Positions 1 through 13,116 of a DNA stretch of 64,000 nt are shown here, one piece after another. This DNA is from Patellaria atrata CBS 101060 (Eukaryota). The stretch covers positions 471,550 to 535,549 of the forward strand of contig MU006094.1 of the NCBI GenBank assembly GCA_010093705.1, given 5' to 3'. How positions within the stretch are numbered: position 1 is the stretch's first letter; each line of letters opens with the position of its first letter. The position numbers were made by a program, and so were the translations under genes. Below the pieces are notes generated by a model. The model was not told the origin of the DNA. It did no database searches and saw only the letters and a program-made list of their open reading frames with translations.

Positions 1-662
1 ACCGTCTGCCACTGGCTGCAACTCACTACCACTTGCTGCCAGGTACGTCTTGGTCGACTTGGGTAGAGATGGCTAACGTCTTTTCATTCGACGAACCCCT
101 TGCCTTGGATCTCTTTAGGGAAGGCACGGTGGCGGCAACTTCTTCTCCCCTGCGCTCCTTCCGCCTTATCCCTGACCCAATCCCCTGTCTATTAATATCA
201 CACAGGTCAAGTAGATCAAGTAGATCACACACCTCATCCATACCCGTACATGCCATCATCCTCGCCTATGTGGTTTTCGTCGATAAAACCACCATTTTTC
301 CCGGTTTGTAGATTTGGACGCCACTTTCATGCGGGTCAATCAAGTTTTACTTTGGTACCTCGCAGTATGTTATCGAGTATGCGAAGCTGTTTCACTACAG
401 GTCTCTTTCTGAGGAGAGGTAGAGTGTTATTTGTGGCTACCGAGTTCAGCATGGGAAAGTACGGAAGGACATTATCGTGCTTGCCGAATTGAAGGTAGAT
501 ACTATACGGTACAGTACCCCCTATAATACCTTACCTCTTACCTAGATCGCGGTGGACTGAGGTGAGGTTTTGGTCACCTTTCCAATTTAGTGATGTTTAA
601 GCATGTGATCGGTGGCTTGTGGCTTCTTCTTCCCCTTTACGGCTGAGGAAGGAGCCCCACCC

Positions 663-663
<1 letters not shown>

Positions 664-697
<34 letters not shown>
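664..697. repeat. Poly-C homopolymer (34 nt), G-quadruplex-competent on the minus strand
   Basis: Uninterrupted C run 664-697; a second C18 run lies at 1063-1080. Confidence 0.9.
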
Positions 698-698
<1 letters not shown>

Positions 699-1111
699 TC
701 CCCCCAAGACGCTTTGAACACCAATAGATAGTGCACCATGGTACAGGTATGATCCTTCTACCGATTACTGGCGCTACTTGAAGTGAATACCTAGAGATTA
801 AATTAGGGAGAGTAGAGATTTTACTATCTCTCATGGCGAGAGTTGAGGGGTACTTCCGCATCGACATCCCGAGAGTCGTATATCAAACTGCGTCCCGAAA
901 AGTGGATATCATACATTCGTAACATTTACACGCGTCCCCGTCTAGCAAGCTCAACCACATTTCCACTCATCGTTCAACTTCCATTATCATAACGACCTGA
1001 ATCACGATAACAGTTGCCGTCTCGGCCAGAGCCAGAAAATCCCGAATACACCTCCATACCCTCCCCCCCCCCCCCCCCCCACAACACCACCACCACCCTC
1101 TCCCCCGTCGT

Positions 1112-1582
1112 CTACGAACTCACAACACCAACCCTAACCCCCACCACAGCCCCCCCACCCTCCTTCAACCCAACAACCCACCAAACCCCCCTCGTCCCCT
1201 CCTCCGCCCAAAAATACCCTAGCTCCTCCTCCCCCTCTCCCCAACCACAACTAACCTCCCTAACCCTCCTCACAACCCCGGAATACTCCCCCCTCGGATC
1301 AAACTCCTCCTTCCCCTTCCTCACGACCTCCTTGCCAACCAGCTCCCCAAACTCCGTCGCCGAGGGCGGATGCTTGCCAGCCCACCTCAGCGCGACGGGC
1401 TCGAACGGCTCGTCCGACTCGGAGGTGTATGTCGCGTCGATGGATTTGAGGGCGGGCGGGACTTCGGTGTCGGTTGCGCGGGCGTTGAGGGTGGGTTTGG
1501 AGGAGGAGGAGGAGGAGGTGTGTGCGGTGCCGGTGTCTTGGTTTGCTTTGTCCAGGAAAGAGGTGTATGCATCGTCGGACAT
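1112..1582 (-). CDS. Small conserved-looking fungal hypothetical protein (~156 aa)
   Basis: Internal ATG of ORF 1112..1912 gives MSDDAYTSFLDKANQDTG...YTSESDEPFEPVALRW...EEFDPRGEY...VGVRVGVVSS. This resembles an uncharacterised small fungal protein family (from memory). The upstream part of the ORF is low-complexity and likely UTR. Confidence 0.7.
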   Translation of the reverse strand: MSDDAYTSFLDKANQDTGTAHTSSSSSSKPTLNARATDTEVPPALKSIDATYTSESDEPFEPVALRWAGKHPPSATEFGELVGKEVVRKGKEEFDPRGEYSGVVRRVREVSCGWGEGEEELGYFWAEEGTRGVWWVVGLKEGGGAVVGVRVGVVSS

Positions 1583-2506
1583 TGTGGGGGTGGAAGTGTG
1601 GAGGGTTCGGGTTATGAGAGGGGGTAGTGAGGGGTGGTGCGTGTTGTTTTGGGTATGGTGTCTGAGTGCGGTAGACTGGTGGGTTGGGACTTTTGGCTCG
1701 TTGATTGCGTTTTGGTTGAGTAGATTAGATATTGGAGATATGTGTTTTCGAGTTGAGAGATTCAGGCGGTTTATGCTGTGAGCGTGGAATATATGTTTGT
1801 ATGACATATGGGCTGCGCGTGGTTGTGGTGTGAACGGTTCTGCGTTGATTGGTTGGTGACGGGAAGCTTGAGCGGGCACCACCATCATTACGTCATACCA
1901 CAAGCTCCCCAAACTTACGTTTTCCAGACTCCATTATGATACTTTAGGTCTTTGGCAGTTAAAATCACATTGGTCGATTTGCATGATACGGGCCTTTAGG
2001 GCTTCCGTACAACTAGAACCTTCAGTACAAGATAAAAGAAAGTATTCTTGACTCGGTACACAGTACTGGAATCGTTCGTACAAGATCACTCCGGCACTCG
2101 AATAGAAGCTGGACTAACTTCACTCAATATCAAATCTAGCGTACATGTAACACTGCAATGACGTAGACCCACCACTGTACGCTCTCGCACGTTGGAACAT
2201 CGGCGGTTCCAGTAAAATAACCGTAAGGGAAACCTGAACTACCGGCCTTTATAGGTGAATCAAACCTTCCTGCTATTGATACTGAGTAATTATGGTATTT
2301 TGGGCAATGTATCTACTTCATGTCGCGAATTCAAGTTGAACATATGGCAACTTGAGAGGACCTGGAGGAGCTACGTATCTAGAGGGTTCTAATCAATATT
2401 ATACCGGCAAGATTCACTTTCAATTATTTCTAGAGCATATCTAATCCTGCCATAAATATTTCTCCCATGTCGTTTTCTCCTTTTCCGATAGCATGCGACC
2501 TGAGCC

Positions 2507-3498
2507 CTAATCATCCTCTAAAGCCCTCTTTCGATTGGAAGAACTTGTTGCTGGCTTTGCATCTGTGCCTTCGAAATGTTTTCCGAGCTTCCCTTGCAAC
2601 TCAGACGTCATGTGGTTTACAAGTGCTGTAGTCCTATATCTCATCGTCATCCCCAAGTTATACACGCGGTCCGCGCCCCACCTGTCATCGGGAATCTCGA
2701 AATTTCTCAATTTCGTAATAAAAGTTGAGAAACTCATCCTCATTGTGGCCGTCGTGAGCTGCTTGAGGTCCAATGAGGGTGAAACCCCCGCTCTGGAGAA
2801 AAAGGATATTAGCCACCGAGCAAAGACGTATTGCAAGCTTTGCGATCGGACCGCGAGTGACAACTGCAATATGAATCCATGACCAGAGACCGTGCCCAAT
2901 GCTTAACGAACCCGACCAGTTCTTCCATCGCTTGTTGTCAAACCTTGATTATACTAGCTACAATCCATTAGCTTAACGCAATCTAACAACGCGAACTATC
3001 CCCTTCTCTTAGCAATTCTCGCTCACTGTACGCTTGCACTTAAAGCTGCATCAGACTTTCTACCAGCTATTAACTGCAGATTAAGTACCCGCCAATAATC
3101 ATGCAGCAAATTAACGTTAGAGATCGAGGAGGACCGCTTAACTAGGAGGAAGGGAGGGGATAAATCTTGTCCGCTCACCTAGTAAGGAATCCGGAATACG
3201 CCCACTCATCATCCACTTCTCTGGGACAACTGCAATGTCCTCCTCGTCTAACTCAATGCTCCGTACCAATGATTTTATCAAGCGGTCCGGTATGTTTCGA
3301 TCATCAAACACCCATGCTACAAAGAACCACCCTTCAAACTTCTTCTTGCCCACTCATTTTTTCAGCTTTTCTGTCTGGGCTAGCGAGGCGGAGTACGACG
3401 GAGGAAACAAGGAAGCTACGAGGTGAATCGTTCAGTGAGCCACCGACGATGAGAGTCAAGTCGCCGAGGGTTGTAAGGATGACCGTTTCGGAGGACAT
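2507..3498 (-). pseudogene. BTB/POZ-domain protein pseudogene (internal deletion, nonsense codon, frameshift)
   Basis: ATG 3498 reads MSSETVILTTLGDLTLIVGG...SFLVSSVVLRLASP, a fungal BTB N-terminal motif, then stops at 3334-3336. Another frame continues K*VGKKKFEGWFFVAWVF. Later CSCHSRSDRKACNTSLLGG* (TAA 2809-2811) shifts frame into LISFFSRAGVSP...KRALEDD. Confidence 0.6.
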
Positions 3499-4155
3499 CA
3501 AGAAGTGGATAAGGTAATTATACAGCTATGAGTTGATTGGCAACAGGGTTGAAGCTGGAAGAAAAGAAAAACGGGATTTGGAGCAGTATATAAGGGAAAA
3601 AAAAAAATAAAAAAAATAGGTGTCACATGCGCGCTAGCCGAAAAGAATAGATTGTTTGACCGTTCAAACAATTTTGATGGACAAGTACTGTGTAGTAACT
3701 CCAGGTCAGGTGATTGACTTCTGGAAGTGGAAGGCGCGCAGCAAACGGCTGTGGATGACCCCAACGTACTATTGAGGATAAGATAACGTTCGAACTGACT
3801 CTTTATTGTGTATTTCAAAATGTTTCAGCCAAGAGAATCAAAGAAACAGCCCAACAACACCAGCGTTGATATCATCAACAATCGCCCTGGCATTTCACGC
3901 TTCAACAAACTAGGAAGTAGGTAGATGCTCCTTTACACGCCTCGAAGATCTCTACGGCAAAAACCATTTCCAAAAGCCCTAAAAAAAAAATAGAAATTTG
4001 ATCGGGATGAACAAGGTTCCAGACTTATCCGAGACTAAATAACACCCCCAAATGAAAGGGACTATGGAACATATGACTTTTTAGATATAAGCCCCTATAC
4101 CGGAAAACGCACATTATACATATGCAATGGCTGTTTTGAAAGAAAGGAAATATAT

Positions 4156-7048
4156 CTACACCTTTTGTTCCGCCACCTGCGGCCCGTGAACGATTCCATT
4201 AGTAGCGCTACGGGGGCTATTCTTCTCGGAACGGGAAGGGCCATTGCGTTTTTCATCTTCACCACTGTCATCGTAATCTTCATCAACATCGACCTTCCTA
4301 GCGGCAGGTTCATGCTGTTCTCTTCGTTCCTCTTTTGGGGGCTCGGGAACATGGTGTTGAGGAGGTGGAGGTGGAGCTTGATGGATCGACGGAAGTGAAT
4401 GAGGGTGATGTGCGGCATCGGACGGATGGTAGCTTTCGTTTGCACGTCGCTGTTCTTCTAACCGTCTCGCTTCAGCTTCTAATGGGCTACGCCGACCAGG
4501 CGATTGCACTTTCGGCGCAGGGGATGAGCGACGGATGAAAGGATCGTCGAGCCTTGGGCGTTTGTCTTCATTTTGCGGCTTTTGCCCACTGTTTTCTTCA
4601 TCCCATTCCCTGAGTCGTTTGGGTGCTACTGGAGTTCGATCATCACGATCCCGAGCAGCTGCATCAGCCGCAACTTGAGCTGCGGCTGGGGGCGGAGCGC
4701 CTCTTTCAATACCTGGAGTTGCGGTATTCGGATGATGCTGGTATGGTTGATGGGGATATTTGGAATTCGGGGAAGAAACAGAATTTTCAACTAGTGGACG
4801 GACCTCAGGAGGTGGGCTTGACACGCGTGGATAAACAGGTGGCAAAACCCCTTGACTATGGGGAGGCCCATTTCCCAAATTAGGCGGAGGTGGCGGTGGG
4901 CCGTTCGCTGCCGTTGGAAGATTTCCATAGTTTGGGTTAGAGATTCTAGTTGGGCCTTGTTGTTGATGTTGAGCTTGGGGTTGTGGAGGTGGCTGAGGTG
5001 GCAGACTGGGATGACCCGGAGGACCTTGGGGACCTTGGTAATGATTTGGGACTGCATTGTGAACTTTTGGGGAGGGTGAGTGACCTCTACGTGGAGGGGG
5101 CTGAGACGGGCGAGGAGGTTCCTGAAATTGTCGAACAGGTTCCTGTCTGGGACTTGGGGGACGTTGTTGATTTTGTGGAGGTGGAGGTCTGATTGTGTTC
5201 CTCTGGTCATAATGATTCAACTCTTGAGGAGGCATCCCCGGGTTTTGAATCTCAGCAAGGCGTCGATTCCAATCGTTACCAGTGCCCAGAGGAACTGCAC
5301 TTGGGGCAGGCTGTGAGGGAGCGGGAGCGCCCCACTGAGGTCCCGGTGGTGCACCAGGTTGATACGCTTGTGGGTGTACGTCCTGAGGCAAAGGCGTGCT
5401 GTTTTGGTTCGGCATGCCGCTTGTCGGTTGACCGTTTTGTAAAAGTTGCAGGCGAGCCTTGATGTGAACGTTTGAAGGATCGAGATCTGCGGCACGCTGA
5501 TACGCGTCCAAAGCGTCTGCAGTTTGATTGTTGCAGGACTCGTACTATTTATTTGTGAGCAAATGAGCTATCATTTCCCGAAGGTGAAGCAAACTTACCA
5601 GCGTACCAAGGTCGTACCAGACCTCGGAGATGTTAGGATTCAATCGGATAGCGCGGGAATAGGCGTCAAGAGCATCGCGATACTGATTGATCTGATAGTA
5701 GAGCACGCCGATGGAGCACCAGAATGTTGGATTTCGCCCGTCGCGATACACCGCTTGTTGATATGCTTCGTACGCCTTCGGGTATTTGGCTTGTGACATG
5801 TAACAACGACCAAGCAGATACCAGCTCTGTGCATCAGTCTGGTCTAATGGGGAACGGTTAGTGGTCATGCCGGCATTTCAAACGATGACGACTTACCAGA
5901 AGCGACAGAAAGCTCCAAATATTCAATAGCTTGCTCTTGGCTCTGGAAACTCTGACTCTGCTGATGATGCAGCCAACCAAGCTGCTGCAATACCTTTGCA
6001 TGCTTGGAATCTCGTTCAAGAACACGTTTGTAGGCGTGCTTCGCATTTTCGTACTAATAGATAGTGAGATAAGACTTATCGCAATGGGATTAAGCAACTA
6101 ACATCCTTATGTTGCTCATAAACATGACCGATTTGGAACCATATATCTTCCTCTGTTAGTGGCCGAGGAGGATCATTCACGATATACTTGAAGCACTTGA
6201 GAGCAAGTCAGTAAGTTGGCGAAGTTATCTTTTGGGTGGTTGGCGTGGGCTTACCTCTAAACTTTGAGTATACTTCTGCTGTTGTTTATAGATTATTCCA
6301 AGACGGAAATAGATTTCATTTGCTTTTTCAAAATTTGGTTCCATAGTCATGACTTGAGAAAATGCTTCTTCAGCATGTTCTAGCGATCCATAGCGATCGT
6401 AAAGAATACCAATACCATACCAAAGTTTTGGCTCCTGAAAATTATATCAGAACCATAAAGATTAGAATAGAATGGAGAATATATACTTTAGGATCTTGAA
6501 GATGGTACAATGCTTGTTGATAAGCAGAATATGCTTGTTGTAATTCGTCCATCATTAGAAAACAATGGCCTGTCACGAGTAAGCGGCACAGTCAAGCGGT
6601 ATACGTTAATGAGCAATTGCATACCTAAACTACCCCAAACTTCACCATTATTCGGTTCAACCTTTAAAATTAATTGTAAATATTCGACTGCTTGAGGGAA
6701 TCTTTCCTTGCTTCGCAATAAACAAGATATAGCATTCATCGCAGGGACAGACCACTGGTTCTGCCTCAGTGCATGTTCATATGAAGCAAGAGCATTTTCA
6801 CTGTCGCCCATCATCTCAGAGACGGTTCCTAGATACAGTTAAAGCCAATCGCGATATATAATTTACCTGGTTTAGTGCGACTTACCCATCTGAATCCAAA
6901 TGCTCTCATTCTGCTCTCTCAAGATCTGCGCGATGGTCTTTTGTTGTGCTGGTATATGAGCATGTCCGTTAGGTTGATGATGACCCGGTGGAGGGCCATG
7001 ATGTGTAGGTATATTAGTTGTGGGAGAAGGTTGTTGATGGCTGGCCAT
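4156..7048 (-). CDS. SSN6: General transcriptional corepressor Ssn6/Cyc8 (RcoA), TPR repeats + Pro/Gln-rich C-terminus; about 8 exons
   Basis: TPR segments ALASYEHALRQNQWSVPAM, DAQSWYLLGRCYMSQAKYPKAYEAYQQAVYRDGRNPTFWCSIGVLYYQINQYRDALDAYSRAIRLNP and DAYQRAADLDPSNVHIKARL. C-terminal EPAARKVDVDEDYDD motif. Start MASHQQPSP at 7048; GT-AG introns join the fragments in frame. Confidence 0.95.
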
Positions 7049-10000
7049 GATTTGGCGCGGCCGTGTCTGTTCCTCTTCAGACGGGGAGGCGTCTGTCGAG
7101 GATACTTAAATATTCGAAACTATAATAATAATGGACATGTCAGATATTGTTTTCATCTTGTATCCATGGAACGGTAAGGTAGTGGTGATGTTAAGATGGT
7201 TACTTACAGATTATGGGGCAGATGGGCCTGTCAGTCAAAACAAGGTCACACAGTGACAGTTCGCGCGCCCAACGGTTCCGCTATAGATAGGCGATCAGAT
7301 CGATCGGTAACTTTTTAGAATGAGAGTTATAGTTGAGGGATGGAAGTTTGAAGTGGGCAATGGGGGAGATGGGATGGGAACAAAAGAGATTGATAGGAGT
7401 GAAAGGTGAAGGTAGCGACTCGAGGGTAGGAAGGGAAAAGGAACAGGAACGGCGAGGAGGGAAAGCAGACAGCGAGAAAGAGTGTCGATGGGTTAGGGTT
7501 ATTCGAAGTTACTGACCACCGCGACTTTCTGCCTTTGCATCTTGTTACACCAGTTTTGAGGGATGGGAACCCTGTTACCTTAGTTAGCTTTGACGAACGG
7601 ACCATCTCGCTAGGCGGGGGCCCTTACCCACATGCAGCAGCTGTGAGCCTGCCATCCACACATCCACTCCACTTCAGTTCATCCATACTCTTTCCGGAGT
7701 CGGATGTATAAGGGGAGTTAGGAAGGGACGCTAGGGGTCATCTCTTTCCTCGGGCGTGGTTGCTGTAAAGTACTAAACTACGAAGCTAAGCCATGACCCA
7801 CGCAACTTTACCGTCCTTCCCGTCGTGCACAGATCCGCCCGGTTCGCCTGCCTCGTCCAGATTTAATATACATTCACCCTTTTCCCAACCCCCAATAATC
7901 CAGAAAAGCGAAAGGTATGGGCCTTAATTCATGCAGTCTTCCGGAAAGTATTTACATCGCCCTGCAATATGTACGGAATATTCGCGTTGCCCGTTATTCT
8001 TTTATATGTATAACACAAAATGTTATCTTCATTTAAAAGTATTCCGAGACCCACCATGGATATCGAGATAATGACGAGCGATTGAAGACGATGATCTCTT
8101 TCCCCGGATTTCGGCCTTGTCGCAATATGGAAGCGTTGACTACCCTACTTGTTTCTGCTGGTACAGTACTCCTGTGGAAACTACGGGAACATTGTTCTTT
8201 TTATCATGGAACCGGTAGTTGTCAGATTAATGACTTGATGCATTTTGAGTTTCCATCTCTCAGACCTGAGGTTTTTGACGACAGTCAAATTCGCTCCCTT
8301 GCGTCAAGAGACAGAAGCAGACTCTACTGCACGTGGAGTGTGGGCGGGTGGCAGTGACGAATCCACCAAACTAACGGCTGTGCTCCTCCTTGCAGACCTC
8401 TTTATCGCCTCACAGTGCCTCCACACCAATAATCCCCATCATGACAACCGTTCAACTATGCTCTGTACACCCTGACTATCGGAATGTTATAAGCAGCTGG
8501 CATCCGCAGGATCGATATGAGTAAGATAGACCCTGGAATAGATCATTAAAATATTGCTTCATACTCGCGACCTCATCGTTTCAATAATAGCGTTATTTCC
8601 GCGACTCATAAATTCTCATCGTTTTCCGTATCTTGTCAGGCGAATTCAAGCAAACAGTTTCTTGCGGTGCTTGCCTGACCTACCTGAGGTTCGTTTCGTC
8701 GTTGACTGAAACTGTACACTCCCACCTTTGCTTCATCGCGTCATGTCAATTTAGCATTGGTACATTATCACCACTACAATCGCTATGAGTTATCGAACCC
8801 GTAGAGAAATTTACCACACTTTGTTTTCACTTATTTCCCACGAAACTTACACCCAAGAGACCAAAGGCGCAGATGAGGCTCAGTTGGCGCCGAGCAGCCT
8901 TAACTTTCTGAGATGACGGTAACCGAATTATCAATTCCGCGGTCCGAGCCAACAGAAAGTACGGTACTGTACAATTGAAGTACAATTAAAATAGACTTAA
9001 CACTCCAAGTTCATCTGGCTTGCTTGATGCCTTTACAGGTTGGCCTTACCTTACCAACCGTATGTAGTGTAACAGGACTTCTGCCCGCTGAATGGAACGG
9101 GATATTTCGGAGCCATATACCGTACAAGTACCGTCTCTCACCTCACAGCCCCGATTACGCAGAAGTTGAAAGAAGCAAGTTGCATGATGCCCACCGTCCA
9201 GCCAGCCCTGAAAACTGTCAACCTCTGAGCGTGAGCGGGGAGGCATAACCGGAGACGAGCCAAAACAAGTCAACTACGGGAGTAAGAAGGCTGGCTGCTG
9301 TGCGATGAACACTCGATCTGCGTCTTTGCAGAGACAGTCTCTCGAAAAGCTCTCTTGGCATGGTTGGCATGCTCAGACAACCTGCAGGTTCTCCACTATA
9401 CAAAGTACTTGTTTGTCTATCACCAGCGTCTTGTGCCTCACAGCTTCCTCGGCTCATCGGCGTTGTTTATAGCCGTCTTTGCAGTACAACGAACACGCAA
9501 TTCAGAAGCAGGCAACCGATAATTTCACGTTCTACCGCTTATATACGATTTCGTGTCGGTTGCAACCCTGATAGATGAAGCTTGTGCCGCCAGTGGTGAC
9601 CCAAGGAGTGTACCGACACATCATCATCAGAGCAACAGGTTACCGGACGCCGGCGCAGGAGCGGTTCATCTCTGTGCGCGTCTTACCCACAGTCAACCGT
9701 GCCGAAAAACCATACAGTACGTTTGTTAAATGCTCTACGACCTGCTAGATCGCATGCCAAGATGTCATCTCACCCACTGAGCTGCCTTCCTTCCTCCAGC
9801 CTGAATCGACAACATCGATGGCTGCATACTCTCAAAAAGGCATCCGATCCAGTACAGAAAGGGATTTGGTGAGCCGGCCACGTGAAACGCCTGTACAGAT
9901 TCTGGACTTCTGCAAAGATGAGGTGGTGTCAAAACGCCAGATCAAGCCAGATCAGCCACGTCCGTCGTTGACAAGTTCAACTAATGGGAAATCCACAAAT

Positions 10001-11851
10001 CATAATTCATAAAAAAGACGTACCAGATCCCCTATCCGCAAATGGACCGGAAATGAACCTTCCATACACACGACACTGTTCTTTATTTCTTCAAGAAATA
10101 ATACGAAGAGATCAGATAAGACGATGAAATGACGCGCAGTCCCCGGGCCGAACAAGGGTGAAATTCTCAGCTTCCGACTGGTCTTTGGCGGGAGTGGAGG
10201 AAGAGTGGAAGACCGCTCTTTTGCTTTTTGTGGCTTTGATGCTTGCGCGAGATGCGGCGGTTGACGAGGATTCCCGATGATCCCCAGGGCCGATCCTTTG
10301 AAGCCACAGCCAAGATGGAGTCGGCGAAGTGATGCTGCAATGCATCCTCGAAACTCCCTTCAGATCTGATTCTCTTTTCCTATCAACAAGATGGGCGTAC
10401 CTGACACTGTTGTTCAGCTGTTACTTACATCCCTCAAAGCCCGGTGCCGAAGTGCTGGTCATCCCAGTTCCAGAATTCGCCGACGCCTGTCTCGGACGAT
10501 CTTAAAGGCTAATTTTTGGCAACGGCCGTGAGCGCGCGCTACGATCCTTGCGTTATTAGGATCCCACCTTCTGGGGCCGTTCAGGAGCCCAGAGGCCAAA
10601 CACGAAACAATCTGTCAGCGGGAAGTCTTCAGGATGGGAACCTGAGTTTGGGTGACGATGGGGGAAAGTATTTTTGAGACAAGTACTCCGTAGAAATATT
10701 GCCGTCATCCAACGGTTGCAGTTCGTACTTCCATTGTATCAGGCGGAAGCTACTCACCCACCAAGTTGTACCCAAGAGAACATTCCAGCCATGGCTGTAT
10801 GACCATTGAAAAACGTACTCTGCTTCAACTCAAGATGGTCTATGTGAGCGACATCTCAAAATTCGTCAAACATATTTTCGGATCGCAGTTCAGTAAGTGA
10901 CTGGTTTTTTGTACGCAATCGTCTTTCCTACAATTATTTTTCCTTCGGGCTAGTCTACAGTAGCGTTATGTTAGGAAAGATCCTTTGTTACAGTTCATTT
11001 TGTGTTAATAAGTCTAGTTGAATTTAAATTCATTTTTGGCTCTATGACAGTCGAAACGTCCTGTACTGGACAATACTTTGTAGCACGCAAATAAATGCGT
11101 CTACTATAGCTGATCATATTCATTTTCGCTCCTTTGATCACAGTAACACCTCCAATATTAATGTACTCTACCCCAAGTCTCCCCATATGTACGGGAATAA
11201 TGTTCCAACATTCTTGTTACCTTCTGTTCTAATCCGGACACTGTCGCATGCTTATATCACAACAAATGTATAGCGCATAGCGGATATACTTACAATTACA
11301 TGTTATTAAAGGGCCGATTGTATTCATACTGAGTCTGGTTGATTCATTGTTGTGTCTAATTGGGTCCATATCTCTTTTTGCGTGTTTATTGTACATCTGT
11401 CGATTTTTCTTGAGTCATTTTACCAATCTGCTATTCTGTAACATGTGGATTCGGAGAGGTTACATTACTCCTGCTCATTCCATAACTTTGTTATTAAAAT
11501 ATTCCTGATGGCTTTCGATTTTCGTAACCTGATAAGTATTTCCCCATCGTGCGGACACCCGGCATATTCAAGTCATAGTATGATGAGCGTGATTTCCATA
11601 GTTCGTACAGTACCCGCGTTCGTTCAGATGTAGGTCGGATTTGCAGTCATGGTATGCAAAGAACAAAGAGCCCCCCAGAAGATTACTCTTACAGATTCCC
11701 ATGAGTCCTTAAATAGGGGCAGGTCTATATCCTCAATTTCCCTTCCCCTACCCGGTACTCCGATTCAGCAGTCAGCAAACGAGACACTCCAAATACAGGT
11801 ACGGCAGCAAAAGTATCAATCCTTTTATCTACATACGAACAGGTTGCAACC

Positions 11852-13116
11852 CTACTGATCCCAAAGCACCGAACTCAACCCATCCTCCGCCTCCGGCCGT
11901 CCCTTCGTCCCCACATCCAACCTCGCAACCAACCTCCTCAACACCCCTGTCTCAACATCCCTCTCCACGACCGCCAAATTACTACTCGTCTGATCCCCAA
12001 TCACCACCCACGCCCCATCCCGACTAACATCAAACGTCCGCGGATAACTCCCATAAGCGCTCGTGAAACCCGTCATCTCCAACCTCCCATCCCCCAAAAT
12101 CCGAAACGTCGCCATACTATCATCCCCCCCGAACGACTTATCCGCCCGATTCGACGTGACAAGATTATTCCCATGCACCCGCACCTCCGCCGCTTTGGCA
12201 CCCCTAGGCGCGGCCCCGCCATTCGGATACGCGGAGATAGTCGAGATGGACGTAAGCGTCAGACACGCCGTCGACCCGGTCATGGGAGTGTTGGCCCGCC
12301 ATCCCGTAATCGAGTTCCCGAGCTCGTTCACCACGAACAGCACTTTCTCCCCGCTCGGTGAGACCCACCAGACCCCGTGCCGCGGGCCCGCTCCCGGCGC
12401 CGTTTTCGCGCCGGCGCACTCGGTCAGCATACCCCGGCCGTCGACGCGGTAGATGCGGATCACGTCGCCGCCCAGGTCCGGCGCCAGCAGGAACCGGTTG
12501 TCGAGGTCCGGGAACGTGGCGTGTGGGTGCGGGGCGTCTTGTCGGGAGGGGTTAGGCCCGGGACCGGATTGCGTTAGTTTTATGGTTTGTTGGGCGGTGG
12601 AGGAGCGGGTTAGGGGCAGTGCGAAGGTGCTTAGGGTTGAGGTTTGGCTGTTGGAGCGGGGGTTAGTGAAGGTGTTAAGATGTATATTTTCGACGGGGGG
12701 ATTGTTAAGGGGAAGGGGGAGGAAGGGAGGGGGCTTTACTAATGCGCCACGGCGATAAACCCAGACCCGTTCGTACCGCCGTACAACCCGTTCGCTAACC
12801 CTCCGCCCACCGCATTCACCTTCGTTATCTCGCTCAGCTGGCCCCCGGCTGGCGCGGCGATGGCGGTCAGGGAGCCTTGGGGGTACGCCCACTCGTCTGT
12901 GCAGTAGAGGGTCCGCGACGCGGAGTCAAAAGCCAGGAAGGCCGGTTGCTGGCCGCAGGTTCGGAGGGACTGGGTCAGCGTGAGGGTGCCGTTTGTGCTG
13001 GCGGAGGCGGGGGGGGTGAAGGTCACGGTGTTCACTGTGCCGCTGTAGTGGGAGACGAAGAGGGTGGCGGCGTTGGATAGGGGGAGGGAGAGGAGGAAGG
13101 GCAGTATGGAATGCAT
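11852..13116 (-). CDS. Secreted 7-bladed beta-propeller lactonase (6-phosphogluconolactonase/aldonolactonase family), 390 aa, 2 exons
   Basis: Signal peptide MHSILPFLLSLPLSNA. Motifs RQDAPHPH, PDLGGD, GAGPRH, VVNEL, SNR and YPRTF. Intron 12648-12739 (GTAAAG..CTAAC..CAG) joins ORFs 12739..13116 and 11852..12892 in frame (AH-Y-QTS). Confidence 0.9.

Noticed and set aside
1..460. Minus-strand protein-like fragments with two TGA stops and a possible intron
   Set aside because: No recognisable family and truncated by the window edge; cannot distinguish a pseudogene from chance.
1014..1781. 255-aa plus-strand ORF
   Set aside because: Low-complexity antisense shadow of the minus-strand gene, produced by the compositional skew.
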